Assembly: GCA_964187785.1 (NCBI GenBank)
Contig: OZ076409.1
Coordinates: 78,556,001 to 78,620,000, forward strand
Reading direction: 5' to 3'
Origin: Amphiscolops sp. MND2022
Lineage: Eukaryota
Length of the DNA: 64,000 nucleotides
Shown: positions 1-10,721 of the stretch, piece after piece
Layout: every line of letters starts with the position of its first letter
Numbering within the stretch: position 1 is the first letter of the stretch
Position numbers and translations under genes: made by a program
Notes under the pieces: model-generated
Told to the model about the DNA's origin: nothing
The model's database searches: none
What the model saw: the letters and a program-made list of their open reading frames with translations, nothing else

Positions 1-260
1 TCAGAATGACCCAAATGAGTTGAAAATCAAAACTTCCAAAAAACGAACTTTATGGGAAGTTTCGTAATTTTCGTATTATAGAAGAGAGAAAATTTTCAAC
101 AGCAAACAATTGCGAAAAAGAGTAGAATTTATGAAAGTCAATTGCAGTTTCATTTTCAAAAAGAGCCTCAAAATGACCCCAGAATAACCAAATAGTCAAA
201 AGTTTTCAAAATTTTTGACAATTGTGACCGAGTTCTCTTTTAGAAGATTTCGTCAATTAA

Positions 261-430
261 AATTTTCAAAGATTGAGTTAGCATTTGAAAATATTGTCCA
301 GTAAACATGTTGAAAAAAAAACTTAGTGCAAGTTATCAGAGGAAACTTTCCTCTGATAACTTGCATTCAGCTTTTTTTCAACAAGATTACTGGGCAATAT
401 TTTCAAATGCTAACTCAACGTTTAAAAATT
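261..430. repeat. Inverted repeat (~85-bp arms) within the array unit; copies at 2532-2701 and 4794-4963
   Basis: Core TGCAAGTTATCAGAGGAAA-C-TTTCCTCTGATAACTTGCA is perfectly paired; outer arms pair with mismatches. Confidence 0.93.
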
Positions 431-450
431 CTTGTTTAAAAAATTCCGTT

Positions 451-1012
451 GTTGAACGTTTCCATTCTTCCAACGATGGAAACTTCTCGAAAAATTCAGA
501 AGTTTTCATGAGAAACGTTGACTTTGAATTTTTTTACTTCCGATTCATCAGGGTCATTTTTGAAAAGATTTTGAAGCAGAATACTGTAAATCCCTCTTCA
601 AAATAGCATACTGCATAGTTAGTTGGTTCGTTTTTGAGTGTATTGAACTTTCTTAATCACAAAAATGTTCAAAAACTGTACACAACTTGCAGGAAAAACG
701 ACAAACTGGAAAGATTTGACTTTTATTATTTCGGAGTGAAATTGAGGAATCTTCCCAGTTTGTCGTTTTTCCTGCGAGTTGTGTACAATTTTCGCTTTTT
801 TTGTGATTAAGAAAGTTCAATACTCTCAAAAACGAACCAACTAGCTATGCAGTATGCTATTTTGAAGAGGGAGTTGCAGTATTCTGCTTCAAAATCCTTT
901 CAAAAATGACCCTGATGAATCGGAAGTGAAAAAATTCAAATTCAACGTTTCTTATGAAAACTTCTGAATTTTTTGAAAAGTTTTCATCGTTGGAAGAATG
1001 AAAACGTTCAAC
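451..1012. repeat. Long inverted repeat (arms 451-716 and 748-1012, 31-nt loop); copies at 2722-3283 and 4984-5545
   Basis: Arms align as reverse complements over their whole length, with mostly transition mismatches. Confidence 0.95.
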
Positions 1013-4000
1013 AGCGAACGAATGCGTTATTCAGTAGGCCTTTTGAAGGTCAATTGCAGTTTCACGTTAGATAAGAGCCCCAAAATAACCCCAAAAACCT
1101 ATTATTTGTCAAATTAGTCAATTTTTATTAAAAGTTATCAAAATTTCGTAATATTCAAAAAACCTAATAGGCATACATAATGTTCAAAAAAGAAAATCAC
1201 TTTTTGGTTGACCCCAAAGACCAAAGATTGACCCTAAAATGACCCCAAAAACAGTAAAAACTTCAAATTTTCCCGATTTTTGACAATTCTTTGCAATATT
1301 TGTCGAATTTTCGATAGATTTCGTTGCTTAAAAAGTTGAAAACGTTCAAAAGGCAAATATTTCGTTATCGAAGAGTTTTTCGAAGAACAAAATGCAATTT
1401 TTCAATTGCAATATGCCTCAAATTGAGACCGAAATTTAAACATTTTTCAAACATTTCAGATTTTTACCGTTTTTTTGCGATTTATGACCTTTTTTTGATA
1501 CACTTGTCAGCTTAGAAAAATGAAAAGGTTCAACAAAAAAAATTCGTTGTCCAAGGGGCTTCTTCGAGGTGATAAACGCAATTTGTTCTTTAAAAATGCC
1601 TCAAATTCAGTCCGAATTTGAAAAAAGTCTCAAAAAATTAGATTTTCAGAAATATCATGCAATTTTGTTTATTTTTCGGAAAAACTTGGTGACTTAGAAT
1701 GTTAAAAAGATTCAGCAATGAAGTTGTTTTGGGAAATAAAGGCAGTTTGAAGATTGTCGAAAATCAAAAAATTTGCAGTTTTGGTACTTCATCATGTTAA
1801 TTGAGTACAATTTTCGAACAATTTTATGAGTTAGAAGCTTGAAAACAATCGAAGACGCAATAATAAGGAATCTATTTTACTTTTTTTACATCGGAGAAAA
1901 ACACAGTGTTTCACATCAGAAATGCATCAAAATGTTAAAAATTGAGTCGGAACGTAGAGGTGAATATTCCAACGTCTTTGTGCAAAGTCTGTGAGTTTTC
2001 GAAACGTTTATAGGGTACTAGAATGGTTCAACAACCAATGCAGTTGGTTTCCAGTTGGCCTTTGTGGGAGGTACTTGCTGATTTGTGTTTAGAAAATAGC
2101 TCAATCTGAACCAAAACTTGTATAAAAAATCGGAAGTTTCCTTTTTTTGAAAATGTTAATGATTGTTTGTGAAACTACATGGCCCTGAAGCACCAGACGA
2201 TTTACCGCTTTGCAGAACGCATTTTGAAGGAAAACAGGAAAACTTTGTAGTTTACTGGATTGAACATTATGTCAGAATGACCCAAATGAGTTGAAAATCA
2301 AAACTTCCAAAAAACGAACTTTATGGGAAGTTTCGTAATTTTCGTATTATAGAAGAGAGAAAATTTTCAACAGCAAACAATTGCGAAAAAGAGTAGAATT
2401 TATGAAAGTCAATTGCAGTTTCATTTTCAAAAAGAGCCTCAAAATGACCCCAGAATAACCAAATAGTCAAAAGTTTTCAAAATTTTTGACAATTGTGACC
2501 GAGTTCTCTTTTAGAAGATTTCGTCAATTAAAATTTTCAAAGATTGAGTTAGCATTTGAAAATATTGTCCAGTAAACATGTTGAAAAAAAAACTTAGTGC
2601 AAGTTATCAGAGGAAACTTTCCTCTGATAACTTGCATTCAGCTTTTTTTCAACAAGATTACTGGGCAATATTTTCAAATGCTAACTCAACGTTTAAAAAT
2701 TCTTGTTTAAAAAATTCCGTTGTTGAACGTTTCCATTCTTCCAACGATGGAAACTTCTCGAAAAATTCAGAAGTTTTCATGAGAAACGTTGACTTTGAAT
2801 TTTTTTACTTCCGATTCATCAGGGTCATTTTTGAAAAGATTTTGAAGCAGAATACTGTAAATCCCTCTTCAAAATAGCATACTGCATAGTTAGTTGGTTC
2901 GTTTTTGAGTGTATTGAACTTTCTTAATCACAAAAATGTTCAAAAACTGTACACAACTTGCAGGAAAAACGACAAACTGGAAAGATTTGGCTTTTATTAT
3001 TTCGGAGTGAAATTGAGGAATCTTCCCAGTTTGTCGTTTTTCCTGCGAGTTGTGTACAATTTTCGCTTTTTTTGTGATTAAGAAAGTTCAATACTCTCAA
3101 AAACGAACCAACTAGCTATGCAGTATGCTATTTTGAAGAGGGAGTTGCAGTATTCTGCTTCAAAATCCTTTCAAAAATGACCCTGATGAATCGGAAGTGA
3201 AAAAATTCAAATTCAACGTTTCTTATGAAAACTTCTGAATTTTTTGAAAAGTTTTCATCGTTGGAAGAATGAAAACGTTCAACAGCGAACGAATGCGTTA
3301 TTCAGTAGGCCTTTTGAAGGTCAATTGCAGTTTCACGTTAGATAAGAGCCCCAAAATAACCCCAAAAACCTATTATTTGTCAAATTAGTCAATTTTTATT
3401 AAAAGTTATCAAAATTTCGTAATATTCAAAAAACCTAATAGGCATACATAATGTTCAAAAAAGAAAATCACTTTTTGGTTGACCCCAAAGACCAAAGATT
3501 GACCCTAAAGTGACCCCAAAAACAGTAAAAACTTCAAATTTTCCCGATTTTTGACAATTCTTTGCAATATTTGTCGAATTTTCGATAGATTTCGTGGCTT
3601 AAAAAGTTGAAAACGTTCAAAAGGCAAATATTTCGTTATCGAAGAGTTTTTCGAAGAACAAAATGCAATTTTTCAATTGCAATATGCCTCAAATTGAGAC
3701 CGAAATTAAAAACATTTTTCAAACATTTCAGATTTTTACCGTTTTTTTGCGATTTATGACCTTTTTTGATACACTTGTCAGCTTAGAAAAATGAAAAGGT
3801 TCAACAAAAAAAATTCGTTGTCCAAGGGGCTTCTTCGAGGTGATAAACGCAATTTGTTCTTTAAAAATGCCTCAAATTCAGTCCGAATTTGAAAAAAGTC
3901 TCAAAAAATTAGATTTTCAGAAATATCATGCAATTTTGTTTATTTTTCGGAAAAACTTGGTGACTTAGAATGTTAAAAAGATTCAGCAATGAAGTTGTTT

Positions 4001-6129
4001 TGGGAAATAAAGGCAGTTTGAAGATTGTCGAAAATCCAAAAATTTGCAGTTTTGGTACTTCATCATGTTAATTGAGTACAATTTTCGAACAATTTTATGA
4101 GTTAGAAGCTTGAAAACAATCGAAGACGCAATAATAAGGAATCTATTTTACTTTTTTTACATCGGAGAAAAACACAGTGTTTCACATCAGAAATGCATCA
4201 AAATGTTAAAAATTGAGTCGGAACGTAGAGGTGAATATTCCAACGTCTTTGTGCAAAGTCTGTGAGTTTTCGAAACGTTTATAGGGTACTAGAATGGTTC
4301 AACAACCAATGCAGTTGGTTTCCAGTTGGCCTTTGTGGGAGGTACTTGCTGATTTGTGTTTAGAAAATAGCTCAATCTGAACCAAAACTTGTATAAAAAA
4401 TCGGAAGTTTCCTTTTTTTGACAATGTTAATGATTGTTTGTGAAACTACATGGCCCTGAAGCACCAGACGATTTACCGCTTTGCAGAACGCATTTTGAAG
4501 GAAAACAGGAAAACTTTGTAGTTTACTGGATTGAACATTATGTCAGAATGACCCAAATGAGTTGAAAATCAAAACTTCCAAAAAACGAACTTTATGGGAA
4601 TTTTCGTATTATAGAAGAGAGAAAATTTTCAACAGCAAACAATTGCGAAAAAGAGTAGAATTTATGAAAGTCAATTGTAGTTTCATTTTCAAAAAGAGCC
4701 TCCAAATGACCCCAGAATAACCAAATAGTCAAAAGTTTTCAAAATTTTTGACAATTGTGACCGAGTTCTCTTTTAGAAGATTTCGTCAATTAAAATTTTT
4801 AAAGATTGAGTTAGCATTTGAAAATATTGTCCAGTAAACATGTTGAAAAAAAAACTTAGTGCAAGTTATCAGAGGAAACTTTCCTCTGATAACTTGCATT
4901 CAGCTTTTTTTCAACAAGATTACTGGGCAATATTTTCAAATGCTAACTCAACGTTTAAAAATTCTTGTTTAAAAAATTCCGTTGTTGAACGTTTCCATTC
5001 TTCTAACGATGGAAACTTCTCGAAAAATTCAGAAGTTTTCATGAGAAACGTTGACTTTGAATTTTTTTACTTCCGATTCATCAGGGTCATTTTTGAAAAG
5101 ATTTTGAAGCAGAATACTGTAAATCCCTCTTCAAAATAGCATACTGCATAGTTAGTTGGTTCGTTTTTGAGTGTATTGAACTTTCTTAATCACAAAATTG
5201 TTCAAAAACTGTACACAACTTGCAGGAAAAACGACAAACTGGAAAGATTTGGCTTTTATTATTTCGGAGTGAAATTGAGGAATCTTCCCAGTTTGTCGTT
5301 TTTCCTGCGAGTTGTGTACAATTTTCGCTTTTTTTGTGATTAAGAAAGTTCAATACTCTCAAAAACGAACCAACTAGCTATGCAGTATGCTATTTTGAAG
5401 AGGGAGTTGCAGTATTCTGCTTCAAAATCCTTTCAAAAATGACCCTGATGAATCGGAAGTGAAAAAATTCAAATTCAACGTTTCTTATGAAAACTTCTGA
5501 ATTTTTTGAAAAGTTTTCATCGTTGGAAGAATGAAAACGTTCAACAGCGAACGAATGCGTTATTCAGTAGGCCTTTTGAAGGTCAATTGCAGTTTCACGT
5601 TAGATAAGAGCCCCAAAATAACCCCAAAAACCTATTATTTGTCAAATTAGTCAATTTTTAGTAAAAGTTATCAAAATTTCGTATTATTCAAAAAACCTAA
5701 TAGGCATACATAATGTTCAAAAAAGAAAATCACTTTTTGTGCGTAAAAAGTTCGTCTGAACTACTTGGAATAAGTGAAAGATCTTTTTTTTGTTTTTAAA
5801 ATCTTGATATACTTTTCTGTAAACCTTTCGAGCAATTTTGTAATTCAAGAACGACTGGACCCGTCATCCAATAGGCGTTTTTAAGAAGACATCTACAGTT
5901 TCTTAGAAAAGTTCTTCAAATGACCGCAACGTTGCCGAAAAATTAAAGTTTTCAAATTTTGACGTTTTTGGTGTCGTCGCGCAAAATTATTTAAAAGTTG
6001 ACTGGTTAGGTTTTGGTATACACACAAACCGAAAAAAAACACAAAATAGGTCTTTGGTGTGTTTTCGAAGTGTTTTCTTTTGAAATGGGATGACGTTATT
6101 CAAATACTGTCAAACTTTTTCTCATCATA

Positions 6130-6230
6130 TATGCGTTTTCATAGTGCAATGGCTACTCTTGAATCTCAAAAATATGTCATTGTTAGAATAGTTTGGACAG
6201 AAAATATGCTGCCCGTGAGCGGGTGTCGTG
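6130..6230 (+). mobile_element. Terminus (subTIR plus stem-loop end) of a Helentron/DINE-like element that probably encloses the 2271-bp array
   Basis: Reverse complement aligns with 15351-15450 and 22261-22355; terminal hairpin CCCG-TGAG-CGGG. Confidence 0.6.
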
Positions 6231-7384
6231 TAATTAAATCTGTCAGTTCGCGTCTCTTAAAAAGCCACTGCCATAGTCAGAATTGAACTTCGTAAGCGCT
6301 GGCGAACAACCGTTTTAATTTAAAAATTTTTATTCAAAAAATATGAATTTGTCTGATACTTTTCTTGTCATAAAAACGATGCTGGAGCTTTTCTATTTTT
6401 TTTTCTATCGAATTATTCGTAGTTTATACGGGACAAACTGCACTATCAATTCGCGTCTTGGTTTGCCTTAGATACCGCTAGTCTGTTGTTTAAAATAGAA
6501 TTCACAACAAAAAACTGCCACAATTCAAGAAATTGTTGGTAACGTTGGTAAAAGCTGGTAGCGTTTTTTTGTCTTTTTCAAAAATGTTTGCTTGACACTC
6601 CCACGGAATAAACCGCAACAATTGCAAATTTGATTTGCAAGAAAACAATTTTCAACATCTTGAATAGTTACAGGAATGCCTAAAATCAGCGCGGAGTTTA
6701 AGTCTCAAAAAGCGCTATGCCTTTTTTTTTATAAAAATGCACATGGGTGACTTTCAGAGGAAATCCGTGAAGTATTCCAGAAACAGAACTTTTAAGCTGC
6801 GAAAACAATTTTTTTTCTCAAAAACAATCTAGAGGGGAAATCCTTTGAAGGAATGAAAAAATGATTTTTTAAAAAGTTGAAAAGAGCCAGAAAAAAAAAG
6901 AAAATGCCAACCCGCAACCGCCTGTTGGCTTAGTACGCACCTTAGCCACTAGGTCAATTTGCGGGACCTTAGCGGGTTGACCTATTAGCGAGATCTCAGA
7001 CAGTTAGCGAGATCTCAGAAACACGTTTTAGAGCAGTTGTCCTTTAAATCTGGTGTTATAATTGTTTGCGGCTCAATGGAAGTTTGTTCTAATAATTAAT
7101 ATTTAAAATTATTTATACTAGTAATTATATTTTGACGTATTCTCAAGCGCACCATAAAACAGCGTAACGTACTTATAGTGTCAGAGACCAATGTATAACG
7201 GTATTACGCGTTCCCGCGTTATTCGATGACATGTCGAAATGGTATAAATCAAAAATTGGATTTAGCCAGGTTTACCAGTCAATGATTTTCATCAACAATG
7301 TCTCCATGAACGACCAATTCGCCTTGAAGAAAATCATTCTCTGAAAATTCGACTATTGGAACAAGAGAAATGAAATTATCGAAC

Positions 7385-7477
7385 CTTGTAATGGGTATGA
7401 AAAACATACAAGTGCCCAGCAGTCCAATCACAATGGTTGGCAGGATGAAGTTGATGTGATAGAAAAGAGGTTTCCTT
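7385..7477 (-). CDS. Exon of a Cys-loop ligand-gated ion channel (nAChR-like) subunit: pre-M1 and M1 helix
   Basis: Bounded by TTTGCAG and GT, phase 2/2; translates (R)RKPLFYHINFILPTIVIGLLGTCMFFIPIT, matching the nAChR RRKPLFYxxNxIxP...FxxP pattern. Missed by the ORF track. Confidence 0.88.
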
Positions 7478-7904
7478 CTGCAAACAAATAAAATAAGAAT
7501 TGGAAACTTTAGGAATTGAAATTAAGGGATTTTTACGTTCTTCATACAGTATACTGCGACAACTCATATCGACGAAAACTGAATCCTACATCACAATTTA
7601 GAGAACTTATTCCAAATAATTTATTGAATAATTTTTAAAAAATTAGTCAATTGATGAGCAATTATTAAAAACAATAATATAATAACAAGATTTTATGGTA
7701 AATATCAGTGTCATTTTTCATATTCAGCAGAGAAATTACTGGCTCTAAAAGTGCGCTGTGGTGAATTTATAGGGCAGCGTAAATTCGAAGAATGAAAATG
7801 GTAACAATCAGGGAAATGAAATCTAGAAGCAAGCAACAGTACAAAGACCCGATAAAAGATGGATGCGTGTCAAGGCAAACATGCATGTACATATATGTAC
7901 ATAC

Positions 7905-8018
7905 CTGAGTTTGAGGGTATAAGCGAGCTCTGAATAGTTGCCCCAATGAGAGTAATCTGTAGTCACCATTCTTCCAGTCAACGAATCAATTTCCCATTCG
8001 TCGTGGATCTTGGTCAGA
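7905..8018 (-). CDS. Exon of the same Cys-loop channel gene: beta9-loop C-beta10
   Basis: Bounded by TTTCAG and GTATGT, phase 2/2; translates LTKIHDEWEIDSLTGRMVTTDYSHWGNYSELAYTLKL; splices in frame to 7477 giving LKLRRKPLFY. Confidence 0.88.
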
Positions 8019-8665
8019 CTGAAACGATTTCAAAAAATCTATTACGAGAAAACGATTCAAAACATTCAACATTTGGGCGCGCGTATCAAGCATGTTCAAA
8101 CAAATCCTACGTGTTTTAAGCAGAGCATACCCGTCTGATTGCTTACAGTTGTGGGTAAATTCATTTAACATGTCAGGTTGACATTGAATCATTGAAAAAT
8201 TGCATGCTCAAGGAACGGAGTTTGAATTTGTTAATCCAGTCAATTTTGTTGCTTCTAGGGTGACACGTTTAGTTGATGAAAGAATACGTATTTTATTGTA
8301 CCTCCTGATCCGTAATTACTGCTCGAAGTTTGGCGTTTCCACTCTCGGTGGCAAGTCACGATTTCAATAAATCTTAGTGAAAACTTGATTATTCTGAATA
8401 TAAAACTTGACGACTTCCAGCTGTTTTATTGTCAAACACATTTAATTTAGCGGCGGCGAAAAAATTGAAAGTTTCATTTCGGTGTTTTTGATTCAGGTTT
8501 GACAATACTACAAAAACATGGCTCTACTTGGTAAAAGAAAAGCCAACTTTATGCTATTGAAGGTCATTAGATTGTTTTGCCATTTTATATTCTGCTAAGT
8601 TCACCGAACTAAAGAAAATAATTGCTTCCTGGGAGAGCAATATAAAACTTTAGCGAACGTTTCTC

Positions 8666-9775
8666 CGATTACCAGAAATTTCGTCGTCGGAAATTTCGTA
8701 GTCAGAAATTTCTTCGTCGGAAATTTCGTCGTGGGAAATTTCGTCGTCGGTGATTACGTTCTATAAAACGTCGCATTTTCTTTAACCTATTAGGAATCGT
8801 CTTATTGTTGAGTCCTAATAATTATCGATAATTGTGCAATAATTACTATCATTGACTACTTTTTGTTATGGTTTTGAGAGAAAAAGTTTCGGACCTTATA
8901 ACTCCCCTGATACAACTTGTTTCTTATCCCCCCAACACGAAGTTGTTTCGACACTTAAAGCAAAAATTTCCATTCCCAAAGGATTTTTTGATAATTTTCT
9001 GAAAAAAATCAAAAATTCCCCCTGGAGCAAGCTTGAATTGTATTGTAAAGCCCCGGTAAGTATTGCTTAATAAGCGTCTTGATGAGTTGATTGAATGCAA
9101 TTAAATTTTTGACTCAATTTTGGTGTCAAAATGAAACTTGTTCTTAAGAGCTCATTTTAATAATTAAGTAATTGTATAATTCAAATGGGTGTCAGGACAT
9201 TTCATCCTATGCACTTTCAACCTATGCACTTTCAACCGTTGCCATTTCAACCGCTCACAATTTCAACCTATTGCATTTTCAACCGTTCGCAATTTCGACC
9301 TAAACTAATTTTAGGTAATGGATCCTAATTAGCTACATAAATATTTTGGTGGTTTTAACTTTCATACATTTCTAAATCAAATGTGCTAATTTTTTACGCC
9401 AGTTTCGATACGTTTTGGCTTCTTCATGAATAATTACAATTCATTAAGGCTGTTTGATTCATTAGTAATCATTACAGTGAAAGATTAGCTCAACCGAATT
9501 AAGACTAAATAGCCAAAATTAGTTTAGGTCGAAACGGCGGACGGTTGAAAATTTAATAGGTTGAAATTGTGAGCGGTTGAAATGGCAACGGTTGAAAGTG
9601 CATAGGTTGAAATTGCATAGGACGAAATGTCATGTAACCATTCAAATGATATCTTTTGGTGAACGCTGTTATTCTAATCAATACGACGAAATTTCTGACG
9701 ACGAAATTTCTGGATTTGCTAATACGACGAAATTTCTGACAACCAAATTTCTGGCGAGGAATTTTCCGCCTTCCG
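8666..9775. mobile_element. Foldback-like non-autonomous DNA transposon with ends made of 15-bp tandem repeats
   Basis: (GAAATTTCGTCGTCG)n at about 8675-8750 and its inverse at about 9683-9770; TTTCTC flanks both ends (possible TSD). Confidence 0.72.
9188..9639. mobile_element. MITE with 9-bp TSD (Mutator/MULE-like), nested in the foldback element
   Basis: TIRs GGTGTCAGGACATTTCATCC / GGACGAAATGTCATGTAACC with 15-16-bp TTTCAACC subrepeats; ATTCAAATG duplicated at 9179-9187 and 9640-9648. Confidence 0.88.
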
Positions 9776-10565
9776 TTTCTCTCGCTCAAGAAGACAGTAT
9801 CTAGAATCACAGTCTTGGCCAGAAAGCGATTATTCAAAAAAAAACACGGAAAAGTAGAAATTACCAGAGTACTGCCAGATTAGAAATTACTGGTAAGATT
9901 TAGAAACCATCAAAAAAATTATCGAGCTGTTCCCGAGGTTTCAGGCTTGTTGAGCCCGAGCATTTTTAGACGAGCATCAAAATGCCGATTATACTATCGA
10001 AGCTACTCTAATATGATTTATTGAGCGTTTTATTCCGGTAAGCGTATACAGAAGGTTTCACAAATGCTAATACTAAGTAACTACGATTTCATTCTTGAAT
10101 TACTTAGAACTACTGTGTAGCCAAAACCACAGAATAAAGCTTCGCACAACACTTCGAGGCTAAGAAAAATAAATATTCTAGTCTAAAAATATAGCTACTG
10201 TGTTTCTGCCGTACACTTCAGGGCAATCCATCGATGAACCAATGGTGGAACAACTTCGAATTTAATTAAAAACGTTTTTCATTTTGAAACTACGGCCTGC
10301 AGTTTAAAATCACTGAGTTTAGTTTTTCTGATGCATATAATTTTTTGAGGTAACATAAAATCCCAGGGTAGTATTCATGACGTTTTATGGCATCGGATGT
10401 CCCGAAGCAGCTTTTTAGGCAGTGTTACAAAGCAAATATAGAAGCTCAGTCAAAACAAACATGTTGAAAACGCGAATACCGGACTTTCAAACTAAAAATG
10501 CAGTTTTGAAGGCTAAGTTTTTGTAATGATTTGAAACATGGAAGTATGTTTTAAAAATTTGGAAC

Positions 10566-10721
10566 TTACAGAAAATATCATCTGTAAGAATACTCTACAA
10601 AAGTGTTCAATATCAATCAAAGATTACAAGTTTTTGATCTTTATAAAGATCAAAAACTTGTAATCTTTGATTGATATTGAACACTTTTGTAGAGTATTCT
10701 CACAGATGATATTTTCTGTAA
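10566..10721. repeat. 156-bp spacerless palindrome
   Basis: 78-bp arms centred at 10643/10644 (GATCTTTA|TAAAGATC), one mismatch. Confidence 0.95.

Larger units (their letters stand above)
1..5739. repeat. Tandem array of a 2271-bp unit (about 2.5 copies visible, continues left of the window)
   Basis: Unit start TCAGAATGACCCAAATGAG at 1, 2272 and 4543; copies differ only by scattered substitutions and small indels; similarity ends at about 5739. Confidence 0.97.

Noticed and set aside
307..5139. Three identical 99-aa ORFs
   Set aside because: They result from the tandem array and overlap hairpin arms; low-complexity F/K/N composition with no domain.
7270..7342. AG/GT-bounded segment after the M1 exon as the M2 exon
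   Set aside because: The required phase hits an immediate stop and there is no GEK/GER-type M2 motif.
8675..9770. Short regular repeats resembling a CRISPR array
   Set aside because: No unique spacers, no cas genes, eukaryotic context; explained as transposon termini.
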